A stretch of 64,000 nucleotides of DNA. Source: Tortispora ganteri (taxonomy: Eukaryota). The stretch spans positions 310,001 to 374,000 of the forward strand of contig PPNB01000002.1 in the NCBI GenBank assembly GCA_003707115.1, in the 5' to 3' direction. Below are positions 1 to 10,405 of the stretch, piece after piece (position 1 is the stretch's first letter; each line of letters opens with the position of its first letter). The translations under genes and the position numbers were made by a program. Under the pieces are notes generated by a model that saw only the letters and a list, made by a program, of their open reading frames with translations, ran no database searches and had not been told where the DNA came from.

Positions 1-714
1 ACTCATCCTGAGTTTGAAGGACGTGCTTCTTGGGGATTCAGTGCTTATGGCACCTACACTGACGGTCATGGACACGGAACACACTGTGCTGGTATCAGTG
101 CTTCCAAGACTTACGGTGTTGCCAAGAAAGCCAATATTGTTGCGGTTAAAGTATTGAGCGACAACGGCTACGGATCTACTTCAGCCATTTTACAGGGATA
201 CGAGTGGGTGTACAAGAACTCTGACCACACCAAGTCTGTCATCAACAACTCTCTTGGATCACCTAGTCATGACGGTGCTTTGAAACAAGCTCAATTGGCT
301 CTTGGACGTGCTGGAATCATTTTTGCTGGAGCTGCTGGCAACGATGACGCTGACTCATGTGATGGAAATCCAGGTGAGAGTACTGCAGAGACTATTATCG
401 TCGGCAATCACGATGTTAACTATGCTAAAGCCCCAAGCTCCAGCTGGGGTTCCTGCGTTGACATCTGGGCGCCCGGAACTAATATCTTGTCTACTATTCC
501 CGGCGGCAGGACTACCCGCATGACTGGAACTTCTATGGCTGCTCCTCATGTAGCTGGTGTAGCAGCTCTTTTCTTGGGACAGGGAGTGCCGGCTAAGGAT
601 GTCTGGAACAAAATGCAAGCTCTTTCCATTAAGGACAAGATCACTGGACTGGAATCTTATGATCACAACAGAATGTTGTACAATGGTGCCGGCTGGTCCG
701 TTCTTGACTACTGA
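1..714 (+). CDS. Subtilisin-like serine protease, S8A proteinase K family (5'-truncated by window edge)
   Basis: Frame 1 is open from base 1: THPEFEGRASWG...DGHGHGTHCAG (catalytic His), AAGN (oxyanion Asn), MTGTSMAAPHVAG (catalytic Ser); stop TGA at 712-714. Confidence 0.95.
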   Translation, partial: THPEFEGRASWGFSAYGTYTDGHGHGTHCAGISASKTYGVAKKANIVAVKVLSDNGYGSTSAILQGYEWVYKNSDHTKSVINNSLGSPSHDGALKQAQLALGRAGIIFAGAAGNDDADSCDGNPGESTAETIIVGNHDVNYAKAPSSSWGSCVDIWAPGTNILSTIPGGRTTRMTGTSMAAPHVAGVAALFLGQGVPAKDVWNKMQALSIKDKITGLESYDHNRMLYNGAGWSVLDY

Positions 715-904
715 GTATTTAAGGCAACAAGTATTGTATACATGAGAAATATATACATTTTAGTAAAGCTTGTAGCATGCATTTTCAGCTGGCTTCTTTA
801 GTAATGATTTAAGGTCATAGTAGTGACTGGTTGCTAGGGAAAAGTACTCAACAGAACCAGAAATTCAAACCCACCAAAGCTCTACCAACTACACTTATAG
901 CATA

Positions 905-2407
905 ATGGTCTTAGCCGATCTGGGCAATCGCTTAACTGATGCGATATCTAATTTATCAAAGACCAATGTAGTCGATCAGGAATTTGTTGAAAGTATACTG
1001 AAGGAGGTATGCAACGCCTTGTTGGCGTCAGATGTCAATGTACAACTCGTTGTAGGATTACGAAAGAACATCAGGACGAAAATCAATCTGGCAGAAATAC
1101 CACAGCATTCACGAAAGAGAGCCGTACACAAGGCCATTTTTGATGAATTAGTGGCTTTAGTTGACTGCAAATCCGAGCCGTTTCAGCCAAAGAAAGGCAA
1201 ATCTAACGTCATCATGATGGTCGGTTTGCAGGGAAGCGGTAAAACTACAACTTGTACGAAACTCGCAGTATGGTATCATAGACGCGGGTTCAAAACTGGA
1301 TTGGTTTGTGCAGATACTTTTCGTGCAGGTGCATTTGACCAGTTAAAACAGAATGCGAGTAAGGCTCAAATACCTTACTACGGTTCCTACACAGAAACGG
1401 ATCCAGTAGTTGTCGCGAAGGAAGGAGTTCAACGCTTGAAGAAGGCTGGATTTGACATTATCATTGTAGATACAAGTGGTAGACACCAGCAGGAACGTGA
1501 ATTGTTTACAGAGATGCAACAAATATCTGCTGCTGTCAAGCCTCATCAAACCATAATGATTCTTGATGCTTCAATTGGTCAGGCTGCGGAAAGCCAGTCC
1601 AAGGCTTTTAAAGAGTCTAGCGATTTCGGTGCAATTATTATTACAAAAATGGATGGACACGCTAAGGGCGGTGGTGCAATATCAGCTGTAGCTGCTACTA
1701 ACACCCCTATTGCCTTTATTGGTACGGGTGAGCACAACTACGATCTAGAAAAGTTCGCTCCTAAATCGTTCATACAGAAACTACTAGGTATGGGCGACAT
1801 GGAAGGTTTATTTGACCAGATCCAGACCTTTAATATTGATCAGAAGGAGACAATGAAACACATTCAAAAAGGTATTTTTACTCTGAGAGATCTGCGTGAT
1901 AATATGACTAACATAATGAAGATGGGACCCTTATCTAAAGTAGCTGGAATGATTCCGGGAATGGGCCAATTGGCTAACCAGCTGGGCAGTGATGGAGATA
2001 CGGACTATCGTATGAAACGTGTTCTTTATATTTTTGATTCTATGACAGAAGCTGAACTGGATTCTGACGGTAAAATTCTGGCTAATGAGCCATCACGGAT
2101 CATGCGAATTGCTAAAGGTTCAGGAACATCAGTCAAGGATGTGTACGACCTGCTTGAACAACAGAAGATTATGGCTAATATGGCTAAGAAGATGGGTGGT
2201 AAGAATGGTATGTTGAACAGAATGCAACAAGCTAAAGCCGCTGGCGGTGCAGGTGGGCCGGGAGGCCTTGGAGGTAATCCTATGGCTGCTGCCCAAGCGA
2301 TGGCTCGTAATAACCCCGAAATTGCTAGAGCTATACAGCAAATGCAAAATAATGGAGGAATGCCTGATATGCAATCCCTTATGAAGATGATGGGAGGCAA
2401 ATTTTAG
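905..2407 (+). CDS. SRP54: Signal recognition particle 54 kDa subunit
   Basis: MVLADLG N-terminus, [27 protein letters not shown] GTPase motifs and a Met-rich M domain. Confidence 0.98.
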   Translation: MVLADLGNRLTDAISNLSKTNVVDQEFVESILKEVCNALLASDVNVQLVVGLRKNIRTKINLAEIPQHSRKRAVHKAIFDELVALVDCKSEPFQPKKGKSNVIMMVGLQGSGKTTTCTKLAVWYHRRGFKTGLVCADTFRAGAFDQLKQNASKAQIPYYGSYTETDPVVVAKEGVQRLKKAGFDIIIVDTSGRHQQERELFTEMQQISAAVKPHQTIMILDASIGQAAESQSKAFKESSDFGAIIITKMDGHAKGGGAISAVAATNTPIAFIGTGEHNYDLEKFAPKSFIQKLLGMGDMEGLFDQIQTFNIDQKETMKHIQKGIFTLRDLRDNMTNIMKMGPLSKVAGMIPGMGQLANQLGSDGDTDYRMKRVLYIFDSMTEAELDSDGKILANEPSRIMRIAKGSGTSVKDVYDLLEQQKIMANMAKKMGGKNGMLNRMQQAKAAGGAGGPGGLGGNPMAAAQAMARNNPEIARAIQQMQNNGGMPDMQSLMKMMGGKF

Positions 2408-2697
2408 GCCAGAGCGTTAGTTTAGATTGGTTCTGTTATGTTAAATAGCATTTTTATTATGATATTAGATCCTATATTTACTGACAAGTTATTCAACTGT
2501 ATACCACATATGTAATTATATTATATTAGATAAAAATCTGCTTTAGTATGATGGTAAAGCTGTCAGGTTTTCTGTTTCATCGTATAAATATGTATATGCC
2601 TTGCAAAGTTGACATTAAGCATTCATCTTCATCTTAACATTTTCCATTCTTTAGTTATTCTTTTTCACATAAATCATCACTCATTTTAGTAAAACGT

Positions 2698-4273
2698 CTA
2701 GTGGTATAGCCGCTTATCCAGCTCACGAAGTGCATCAGCAACAGATGAAACACCGACGGTCATTCCCTGCCGTTGCAGCTTGCTAACTATTTTACTTAGA
2801 TCAGCACCTGGAAAGTTTTTGTGTCGCGATAGTGTCTGATAAGCAGTAGCACAAGGAATAAAACCGGGAGTTGTTTTCGTTTCCCTGGACTTGCCTCCTC
2901 CACAGCAACCTCCTGCACCTGCTGGACCTTTGCAGGAAGAGACAGTAGTATTTCGGCTATCCTTGTCGGCTGCACTAGTAGACTCATCGCCGTCGATCAT
3001 GATATCTGGGTGAACATTTGGTTGTAATGCAAGAGCCGTACAAAACAATGTAGACATCGGGTCGTTCTTGCATTGTAAACAGGAGCCTGGTGTGCATAAA
3101 TCTTCGATGGCCGGTGGGTCGTTTATAACGGCCCCGGAAGGCAATCCTGATAACACCGAGGATATGTCGCGAGAGGGACCCGGATGAAGAGTTGGAAGTT
3201 TTCCGGTGACCGAAGGAATGGCGGAGACAAGGGGAGGAAGAGTTATTTGTTCGTCATCCATAATAGAAGACCGGTGAGAGATGCTGCCTGATTCTTTGGC
3301 AGCAGCGTCGGCACATAAGCAAGGAGTGCCATTTGAACAAAATCCGCAAGGGTCTATAGGTTTTGGTTGTTGTGCTGGGGTAAATGCAGAAGTGAAATCA
3401 GTCTCAAAGTCGTTAGAGTAGTCCAGTTTCTGCGTGTCTTTTGTACGCTTTAATTTGAATAAGGGAGAACCCGGGCGATCCGCGGACCTTTTAAGCGGTA
3501 TAACGGCGACATCCTGCATGTCTCTGAAATCAGGCATCAAAGTGGCTGTGATATCCCCATTACCGGAAGACTTTATTCCGAGCGTGCTACAAACACAGCC
3601 GTTGTCGCTGTCGCACAATCCACAGTCATCGCTATCGACGAGGACCGGGTGGTGGAACTCAGGAGACTCGGAATGTGGACCGGGGGAAGAGCCTGGAGAG
3701 GAAATAAGCTGACCTTGTAGACTGGGTGCAGAACCAAAAGATGATCCTGGAGATGTGCTTAGTATAGGCATGCTGTGGTAATCTTGTGCGCCATTGAGAT
3801 TTGTTTCGGTAGCTTTCTCAGAGGTCGTGCCAGCAGGGCCTCGTTTAGTCGACCGGGAATCTTTGGAAATCTTCTGCGATGATTTCTTATTTGCTACAGG
3901 TCTGGAATATGAGGACGGAGTGGTTGAATTCGATTTATCGGAGTCTCTTTTTGGAGGCTTCGACTTAACGGTTTTCTTCTTAGCGCTGCCAGCAGTGGGC
4001 TTACGACCAGGCTATGCATGAGGGTTGGTTAGTAACACGTATTGTATAGGGAGCAGCGAATAGAACAAAAATACGTACCTTTGGCCTTGGAGGCAAGACC
4101 CAATTCTTTGAAGTGACAATTTGGGGGGCGTTTGCGGGCCCAGTCTCTTTAACTCTCGGGGCCATAGCCATGGCTATTGCCAAAGGAGCCTCTAAATGTG
4201 CACGGTTAGCATGGAAAAACAAGTTATACTGGAAATTACATTAAGATCACGATTACTTACCTTGTGGTGACAT
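2698..4273 (-). CDS. HapX/Hap43-like iron-responsive CCAAT-complex cofactor, 3 exons (4273-4261, 4191-4079, 4011-2698), about 479 aa, no recognisable bZIP
   Basis: Intron 1 4260-4192 (GTAAGT..TGCTAAC..TAG) and intron 2 4078-4012 (GTACGT..TACTAAC..TAG). Splicing gives MSPQEAPLAI...TSKNWVLPPRPK|PGRKP (Hap4L motif) in frame with ORF 2698..3771, which carries CGLC..CVC, CGFCSNGTPCLC, PGSCLQC..STLFC, GGCCGG and IPCATAYQTLSRH. Confidence 0.9.
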
Positions 4274-4752
4274 CCTGATAGTGTATCGATTCCACAAAAT
4301 GAAGAGAAGAAACAAAAAGCTAGAGGTAAAAAGCGGTGTAACGGAGTCAAAATATGTTGTCGCGGTTCTGGCCTTTTCAGAATCTCGGGGGTATAAGTAC
4401 TAAATAGCGGTGGGAGCAAAAAGCTAGTGCGTGTATACCTGCCAAGTCGGGAACTGCCGGAAACTTAGATTGTTTAATCGTTTACCATTTCTGCATAAAC
4501 CCCCTATTTGTTCGCTGGTTCATTTATAATATATGACTATACCTTTAATATTTTATTTTAATATTTAAAAAAAGAAAGATATATCTCTCTATATGGTTGC
4601 TATATTACCAATCATTCTGACTACTGAGTGCCGTCACCCACTCGGTTTCATGGAATTATTTTAAGATTCATACAAAGTAATCAATAAAACTCTATTACCA
4701 CACATTTCCCCCATTTTTCCCTTTTTTACGCCGCACTTTCTTTCATATTCGA

Positions 4753-5498
4753 TTATCTGATTTAGAACTGATCTTTGGATTTTTTTTTGAATAGTCCGCA
4801 CAAAATTTTAAATACATTATAAGTTATTTTATGTAGCTCTTCTGGACTATGTGAGGCAAATTAGAGATCAGTTTCCCCTTCAGTGGCCGCTCCTTCGGTC
4901 GTTTCTGCCGTTTTCCAAATAGTATCTTATAAACTTAATCAGTGAATTAAAGTGTTCATAATTGATCTTACCCAATCAGAGTACACAATCTTTGCTTCAT
5001 TGCTGATTGCGCCCCAGGAACTTGCAGAATCTGAGGTCAAGTTAAAGAGCATTTCCAGAGCAAAAAGACCGATGTTTGGGTGCATTCTGTACCTTTAATG
5101 GTGATTAAATGTTATCACGGCAATTAGGCGCTTTTATTTCAGTATCAAAAGTCATGCGCTGGGGCGGTAGTATAATGAAATGTGAACCCTACCCACCGGA
5201 TAAAGTTATCAGATGAAGCAGCGATTGTTATGTCTGATTGGTCGATTAAAGCCGTTTTCGGCGAGCTATCCATCCAATAATGCCACTTAGAGGCATCTCC
5301 GATATATCCATACTTATTTCATGGCTGAGTCATATTTAATACTGGCTAGATCGTCAGACCAACCACAGATCAGTATATTCAATTATCTGAACTATGCTGG
5401 GTTTTGATTGTGTGTAGGTAGGAGGACTGGTTTGCAGCTAAAACATATCCGAATAATACTGTCGGATTAATCATCACGCAACCGATACACGCTGATAA
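4753..5498. promoter_or_regulatory. GATA elements of the SreA/Sfu1/Fep1 type (ATCWGATAA), with CCAAT boxes, in the divergent HapX-like/FMO promoter
   Basis: TTATCTGAT 4753-4761 and TTATCAGAT 5206-5214 (both ATCWGATAA on the minus strand); TTATCTGAA 5383-5391; CTGATAA 5492-5498; CCAAT at 4972, 5274 and ATTGG at 5237 (also CCAAT at 4608); TGAGTCA 5326-5332. Confidence 0.6.
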
Positions 5499-5568
5499 AT
5501 AGCCGCCGCATCCCAATGTAAACTCTTAACTTTTACCATTATTTTTTTTTTATAGAAGAGATATATAA

Positions 5569-6939
5569 ATGAAACGGGTAGGGATAATTGGAGGAGGTCC
5601 TTCAGGGATAATTGCAATTAGATGCTTTCTTTCGTTGAAATTCGATGTCGTTGTATTTGAGCGGCGTCGGACTACTGGTGGGTTGTGGAACTATACTGCT
5701 GAGTCATGCGAAATCCCTTGCCCAAACACTGATCCATGGTATTCCTTGCCAGCAACCGCTTCTGGAAACTGGGACAGCGCTATGTACGATTCTCTTGATA
5801 CTAATATCCCTAAACAGCTCATGAGCGTTACTGATTTCCCATTCGACGATAGGTTGCCGTTATTCCCAAATAGGCAGGATGTACTAGAGTATATGAATGC
5901 CTTTGCGAAACCATATTTAAAGTATATTCGTTTCAATACGTTTGTGAAGTCTGTTGATAAACCAAAAGACAAATGGGTAGTGATTAGCAATGATCTCGAT
6001 TCCGGTAAGCAATCCAAAAGCGAATTTGATTATATTGTTGTAGCAACAGGCAATTATGACATGCCGTACATTCCTGAATTCGAAGGTTTAAAGGAATGGA
6101 ACGAAAAATATCCTGGATCGCTGTTGCATTCAAGAGCCTATAGATCACCAAAAACGTTTCATGGCAAGACTATAGTTGTTGGTAATGCGGCATCAGGATT
6201 GGATATATCGTACCAGATATCCGACTATGCAGACTTACCGGTGATTAGATCAATTCGTTCTGAATCGCGTCTTCCTGGTCCTGAATTTTCTCTGACACCT
6301 GAAGAACGTGCAGCTAGAATCCGAGATGTTGGAGTTATTAAGCGATTTGACTATACTAATCGGTCTGTAGTCCTTGAGGACGGTGAAGTTATCGAAAATG
6401 TACAATTCGTGGTTTTTGCAACTGGTTATCTTAAGAATATACCTTTCTTACAAAACTACCATCGCACTCATCCTCTTATTTCAGCTAATGGAGCCCATTA
6501 TACAAATATATACAAACAGTTGCTTAATGTGGACGACCCTTCTTTAGCATTTCTGGCAGCACAACGCTTTATTCTGCCTACTAAAATTGCAGAGGTAGAA
6601 TCGGCTTGGCTTGCACGTGTGTGGAACGGCAATATCACTTTACCACCCCGAGATGTAATGGAAAAGGACTACATTGATAGACTAGAGGCTAAAGGAGACG
6701 GCAAAGAATTTCACGATCTAAATAAATTCGAAGACGTCCAATATTATCGTGACCTTCAGTCTGATTGTGTAACCACTGAGGGATTTCAACCCGCACCATT
6801 CACAGATGAAGATGCAACTCTTAGAGTTAATGTGAAAATGGTAAAAACCGCATACTTCGATAGATATAGAGAGGAGGGAGTCAAGTCTACTTCTTTAGAA
6901 GAACTTATGCAAGCTGGATACCTGAAAGACTATAAGTGA
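5569..6939 (+). CDS. FMO1: Flavin-containing monooxygenase (yeast Fmo1-like)
   Basis: GGGPSG FAD motif, GGLW, VATG, YPGSLLHSRAYR FMO fingerprint, VVGNAASGLDI NADPH motif. Confidence 0.88.
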   Translation: MKRVGIIGGGPSGIIAIRCFLSLKFDVVVFERRRTTGGLWNYTAESCEIPCPNTDPWYSLPATASGNWDSAMYDSLDTNIPKQLMSVTDFPFDDRLPLFPNRQDVLEYMNAFAKPYLKYIRFNTFVKSVDKPKDKWVVISNDLDSGKQSKSEFDYIVVATGNYDMPYIPEFEGLKEWNEKYPGSLLHSRAYRSPKTFHGKTIVVGNAASGLDISYQISDYADLPVIRSIRSESRLPGPEFSLTPEERAARIRDVGVIKRFDYTNRSVVLEDGEVIENVQFVVFATGYLKNIPFLQNYHRTHPLISANGAHYTNIYKQLLNVDDPSLAFLAAQRFILPTKIAEVESAWLARVWNGNITLPPRDVMEKDYIDRLEAKGDGKEFHDLNKFEDVQYYRDLQSDCVTTEGFQPAPFTDEDATLRVNVKMVKTAYFDRYREEGVKSTSLEELMQAGYLKDYK

Positions 6940-7166
6940 ACTATCTTTATAACGAACGCAAGTATACCGTGTGTTTGAATTCTTCAGAAGACAAATATTA
7001 AACTTTTTAAAACCCTACAAGTATATTTATTTATCATATTTGCTAAATAATTTGAACAATCTATGTGTATGTACCAATTATTCGCTTCCAAGGAGCGCAA
7101 CTTACGAAACTCTAAATTTTATTCACATTTGCAACTTCACCTTTTCTTCGATTCTAGTACTCAACT

Positions 7167-8036
7167 ATGCTGAGGATCAACCATTTTTCACGGACAACAT
7201 CATTAGTTAATGGCATAATTATTATTTCAAGAGGTGCTAAGAAATCTAGTGGCCCTTCGGCAATGCAACTGGCACAACAGCGCGGTCGAGCACAGAATCG
7301 CGACCAACTTGCGAAGAAAGCAAAGAAGAAACAGTCTATGCTACGTGCCTCGGCATACCGTGGAAATTACACTGCTCTGCCGAAGATCGAATTACCAATG
7401 GCTTATAGACTAATACGAGCCGCAGAAGTAGGTCAGCCGGTCACTTCTACTACACTATCTATAGGGTTCCGACTTGTCTTCGATCGAGGTACTCCCCCCG
7501 TTACTGGACGAGTCAGATTACCCTATAATCTCGGGTCTGAAGACAAGTTAGTTGTTTTTACTACTGATGCTTCTGTTGCTGAGAGAGCTTTAAAAGCTGG
7601 TGCTGTCCTTGCGGGCGCAGAAGAGGTCATAGAGAAGGTTGTTGGATCCCCGGACAACTTCACAGCTGCATTAGCGACCCCGGAGATCGTTTCAGGCCTC
7701 GGAAAAGCAGCAAGAACGCTTGGCCCAAGAGGATTGATGCCAACAACGCGTAGAGGAACGGTTGTTCAGCCGCTAGAACTTGAGAATGCTATTGCCGAAA
7801 GAATAGGCGCGCGAGAATTCCGCTCGCACGATGTTATGCTTACGATCCCTTTCGGTAGAGCTCATTTTAGCGATATTCAACTTACTGAAAATCTACGAGC
7901 GGTTCATGAAGCAGTAATGGACAAGATCAAAGACTTAAATCAAAATAGTAAACGTCGGCCAATGCTTGTTGCAGAAAAATACATTGCATCAACGCATTCC
8001 CCGGGAATAGTGCTCGACAACAAATTAGTCTTATAA
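7167..8036 (+). CDS. MRPL1: Mitochondrial ribosomal protein uL1m
   Basis: Basic N-terminal presequence; AYRLIRAAEVGQP, GRVRLP and ARTLGPRGLMPTTRRGTV L1 motifs. Confidence 0.92.
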   Translation: MLRINHFSRTTSLVNGIIIISRGAKKSSGPSAMQLAQQRGRAQNRDQLAKKAKKKQSMLRASAYRGNYTALPKIELPMAYRLIRAAEVGQPVTSTTLSIGFRLVFDRGTPPVTGRVRLPYNLGSEDKLVVFTTDASVAERALKAGAVLAGAEEVIEKVVGSPDNFTAALATPEIVSGLGKAARTLGPRGLMPTTRRGTVVQPLELENAIAERIGAREFRSHDVMLTIPFGRAHFSDIQLTENLRAVHEAVMDKIKDLNQNSKRRPMLVAEKYIASTHSPGIVLDNKLVL

Positions 8037-8044
8037 TGTACATA
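8037..8044 (+). promoter_or_regulatory. Puf3-type 3'UTR element (UGUANAUA)
   Basis: TGTACATA immediately after the MRPL1 stop codon; Puf3 targets mitoribosomal mRNAs in budding yeasts. Confidence 0.5.
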
Positions 8045-8206
8045 GCTCACACTTAACTCCGCACAAATTGTGCACAAAAATATGAACTTTGAAGACATAG
8101 AATTTAGAAGAGAAAGGATCATATCCAAACATTTAATTAAGTATTCCACAGACTCAACGCTCTCTGATTTTCTCCCTACATAGTAGCAATTCTCGCCAAT
8201 TTAGCT

Positions 8207-9895
8207 TCAATCACCCGTTCGCTCATCTTCAATAGCTAGGTCTTGGAATATTGATTCACTGGGAACTCTCTTCATTATTTCAGGAGGCGCAAAAGCAGGA
8301 CCAATCTTCTTGATCCATCTTTTTCGTTTCTCAAGTAAAGCGCGACTGCTCTCTGTAGACGATGACTGCTGGATAACATTAGGTAAATTGCTTCCTTTCT
8401 TTCTCTTTTTTATGCCTTTTAAGCGCTTTATAAACGCCTGATCAACCTGCTTGTCAAGGTCATCAAGAATAGAAAGGTATTCTTGATACGCCATATGTTC
8501 CTCTACAAGTGGCATGAGTCTTTTCTTCCGAGCATTGTTCGCAGCAGTATGTATCCGCAACGACTCTTGTAATTGTTTCATCTCGGTACATATTTCATCA
8601 TCCTCCCTATTTGCAAAATGCATTCCATCATTACTGTCATTAAGCAAACCAATGTATCGTAGTTCTCGTCTGAGCCTCTCTTCCAACGAACTATAATCAG
8701 CACGCACATATGCAACACGCCAACCTTGCTGTTCTGGTAAGGACGATGATGACTGTGTCATGAAAGGAGGCGCAGACGCTGCAAATTCGAATGCCGACTG
8801 CGGTTCATTTCCAGATGTATTTTCCTCATTATTTACACTCTCATTAACAGTGTTAGGTGCTGGTGTATGCGGCGGAGTGCCAATAATCATATCGTCAGCC
8901 TCGTCTCTCATTATGATAGAAAGAAGACGAGTATGCAATGGCCCTACAGACACCTCGTTTGTTTCAAGAGTCTCGTCAGTTATAGCTTCAGATGAGCCCT
9001 TCGCTTGATCGTCATTCTGTGATTGCCCTAGCGAATTCGTTAAACCTGCATTAGCGTCTTCTTGAGCCCAGACATCAGCGTAATAGGGCCCCAACGTGGG
9101 GATAATAAATGGAGATGCCTGTGGACCAACACCAGTTCCTAAACTCTTATCTATATATGAAACTTCATCTGAATTCAAAAAAGTAAGATCTTCCTCCGTA
9201 AAAGGTCTGAAGTATGGTTCTACAAAGCTCTGAAATGTAGAAAACTGGACCTGGTTGCTGGGCTTGCCGCCAGTGAAGTCTTCATCAGGGATTTCACCAG
9301 GTAACATATCTTTTAAATCGGTTGTAGGAAAGCGCGCAACAGCATGGAGCTTTTGCCTTTCTTCGAACGATAGCCCAGACACATCAGGCGCCTGATCGCT
9401 ATAGTCGTAGAGTTCGCGTACCGCCGTTTGTTCAATTTTGGGCGATTCATGCTCCCCTTCTTCATCAATCAGGCGTGTAGAATTTGATGAAAATGAGGAA
9501 GATATAATATTCGGAGGCGGTGAATGTGAAGACGTAGGTGGAGCTTTACCTGCTGGTACTGGTCCGCTTGTATTCTGTTCGGATTCGGTTTTCACTTTGA
9601 CGGTATCTGGTTCTGCGATGTCTGACGATGTAGCGAACATTCCATCATCAGCGGAAACGGGAGACTCAGCAGTGCTAACGTCTACTTGCGATTTTACCAC
9701 ATCTGGTGTTTCTTCTCTAGAAAGGCGAGCTAGTAAAGATTTAAGATCGGCTTTTATATCTTCGAATGCAGTGAGAGGAACAGTGGTAACTCCATCGGTG
9801 CCGGGGCTGAGAAGCGGCAGGTGGGTTTGAGTGATCCGTGCAAGCATGGAATCTAAAGGCCTTTTGGCCCGTCTGCCTCGCCTCCCTTTAGGCAT
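8207..9895 (-). CDS. NGG1: SAGA/ADA HAT module subunit Ada3
   Basis: KPSNQVQFSTF..VEPYFRPFTEEDL, LEERLRRELRYIG, REDDEICTEMKQLQ, MAYQEYLSILDDLDKQV. Confidence 0.92.
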   Translation of the reverse strand: MPKGRRGRRAKRPLDSMLARITQTHLPLLSPGTDGVTTVPLTAFEDIKADLKSLLARLSREETPDVVKSQVDVSTAESPVSADDGMFATSSDIAEPDTVKVKTESEQNTSGPVPAGKAPPTSSHSPPPNIISSSFSSNSTRLIDEEGEHESPKIEQTAVRELYDYSDQAPDVSGLSFEERQKLHAVARFPTTDLKDMLPGEIPDEDFTGGKPSNQVQFSTFQSFVEPYFRPFTEEDLTFLNSDEVSYIDKSLGTGVGPQASPFIIPTLGPYYADVWAQEDANAGLTNSLGQSQNDDQAKGSSEAITDETLETNEVSVGPLHTRLLSIIMRDEADDMIIGTPPHTPAPNTVNESVNNEENTSGNEPQSAFEFAASAPPFMTQSSSSLPEQQGWRVAYVRADYSSLEERLRRELRYIGLLNDSNDGMHFANREDDEICTEMKQLQESLRIHTAANNARKKRLMPLVEEHMAYQEYLSILDDLDKQVDQAFIKRLKGIKKRKKGSNLPNVIQQSSSTESSRALLEKRKRWIKKIGPAFAPPEIMKRVPSESIFQDLAIEDERTGD

Positions 9896-10405
9896 GATGC
9901 TAAAAAGGAAATAATAATCTATGAGATCTAGCGATCAGAGGTGTATAGGCTATTTGGGTTGTCAAGGAAAATATGTGGTATAGGTAGGGTAACCTACAGA
10001 GAACGAGATAAAAAATTGTCATTTAACCAAGTACATATCCCGGCCACCCCCCTTTTCCTTTACCTCTCTTTACGGACTGTCGTACAGGGCTAATTATTTA
10101 CATAGATCAGTCAGGTAACGCGTGCAACGATTAGCTACAGTACCAAATTTATTTGTCATTTGGTTTAGTAATTCATTAGTATTAAATTGTACTATATTGA
10201 GCGCACTGAAGTATTAAAGCTCGTTGAAACGCTGCTCTTCTGTCAAAGGATCAAGTTACAAAGGTCACCCAGCTGACTTTTACCCACACACCCGTTGCAC
10301 ATAGAGAGCGACTCCACAGAAACACCTGTCAAATCTCCCAGGTCGCGTTGATTTCGATAAGCTGAACTTTATTTCTCGCCAATAAAGGGAATTATTTTAT
10401 TCATT

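Noticed and set aside
905..2407. Alternative CUG-Ser/Ala genetic code
   Set aside because: CTG encodes the conserved Leu of SRP54 MVLADLG, and translations look normal under the standard code.
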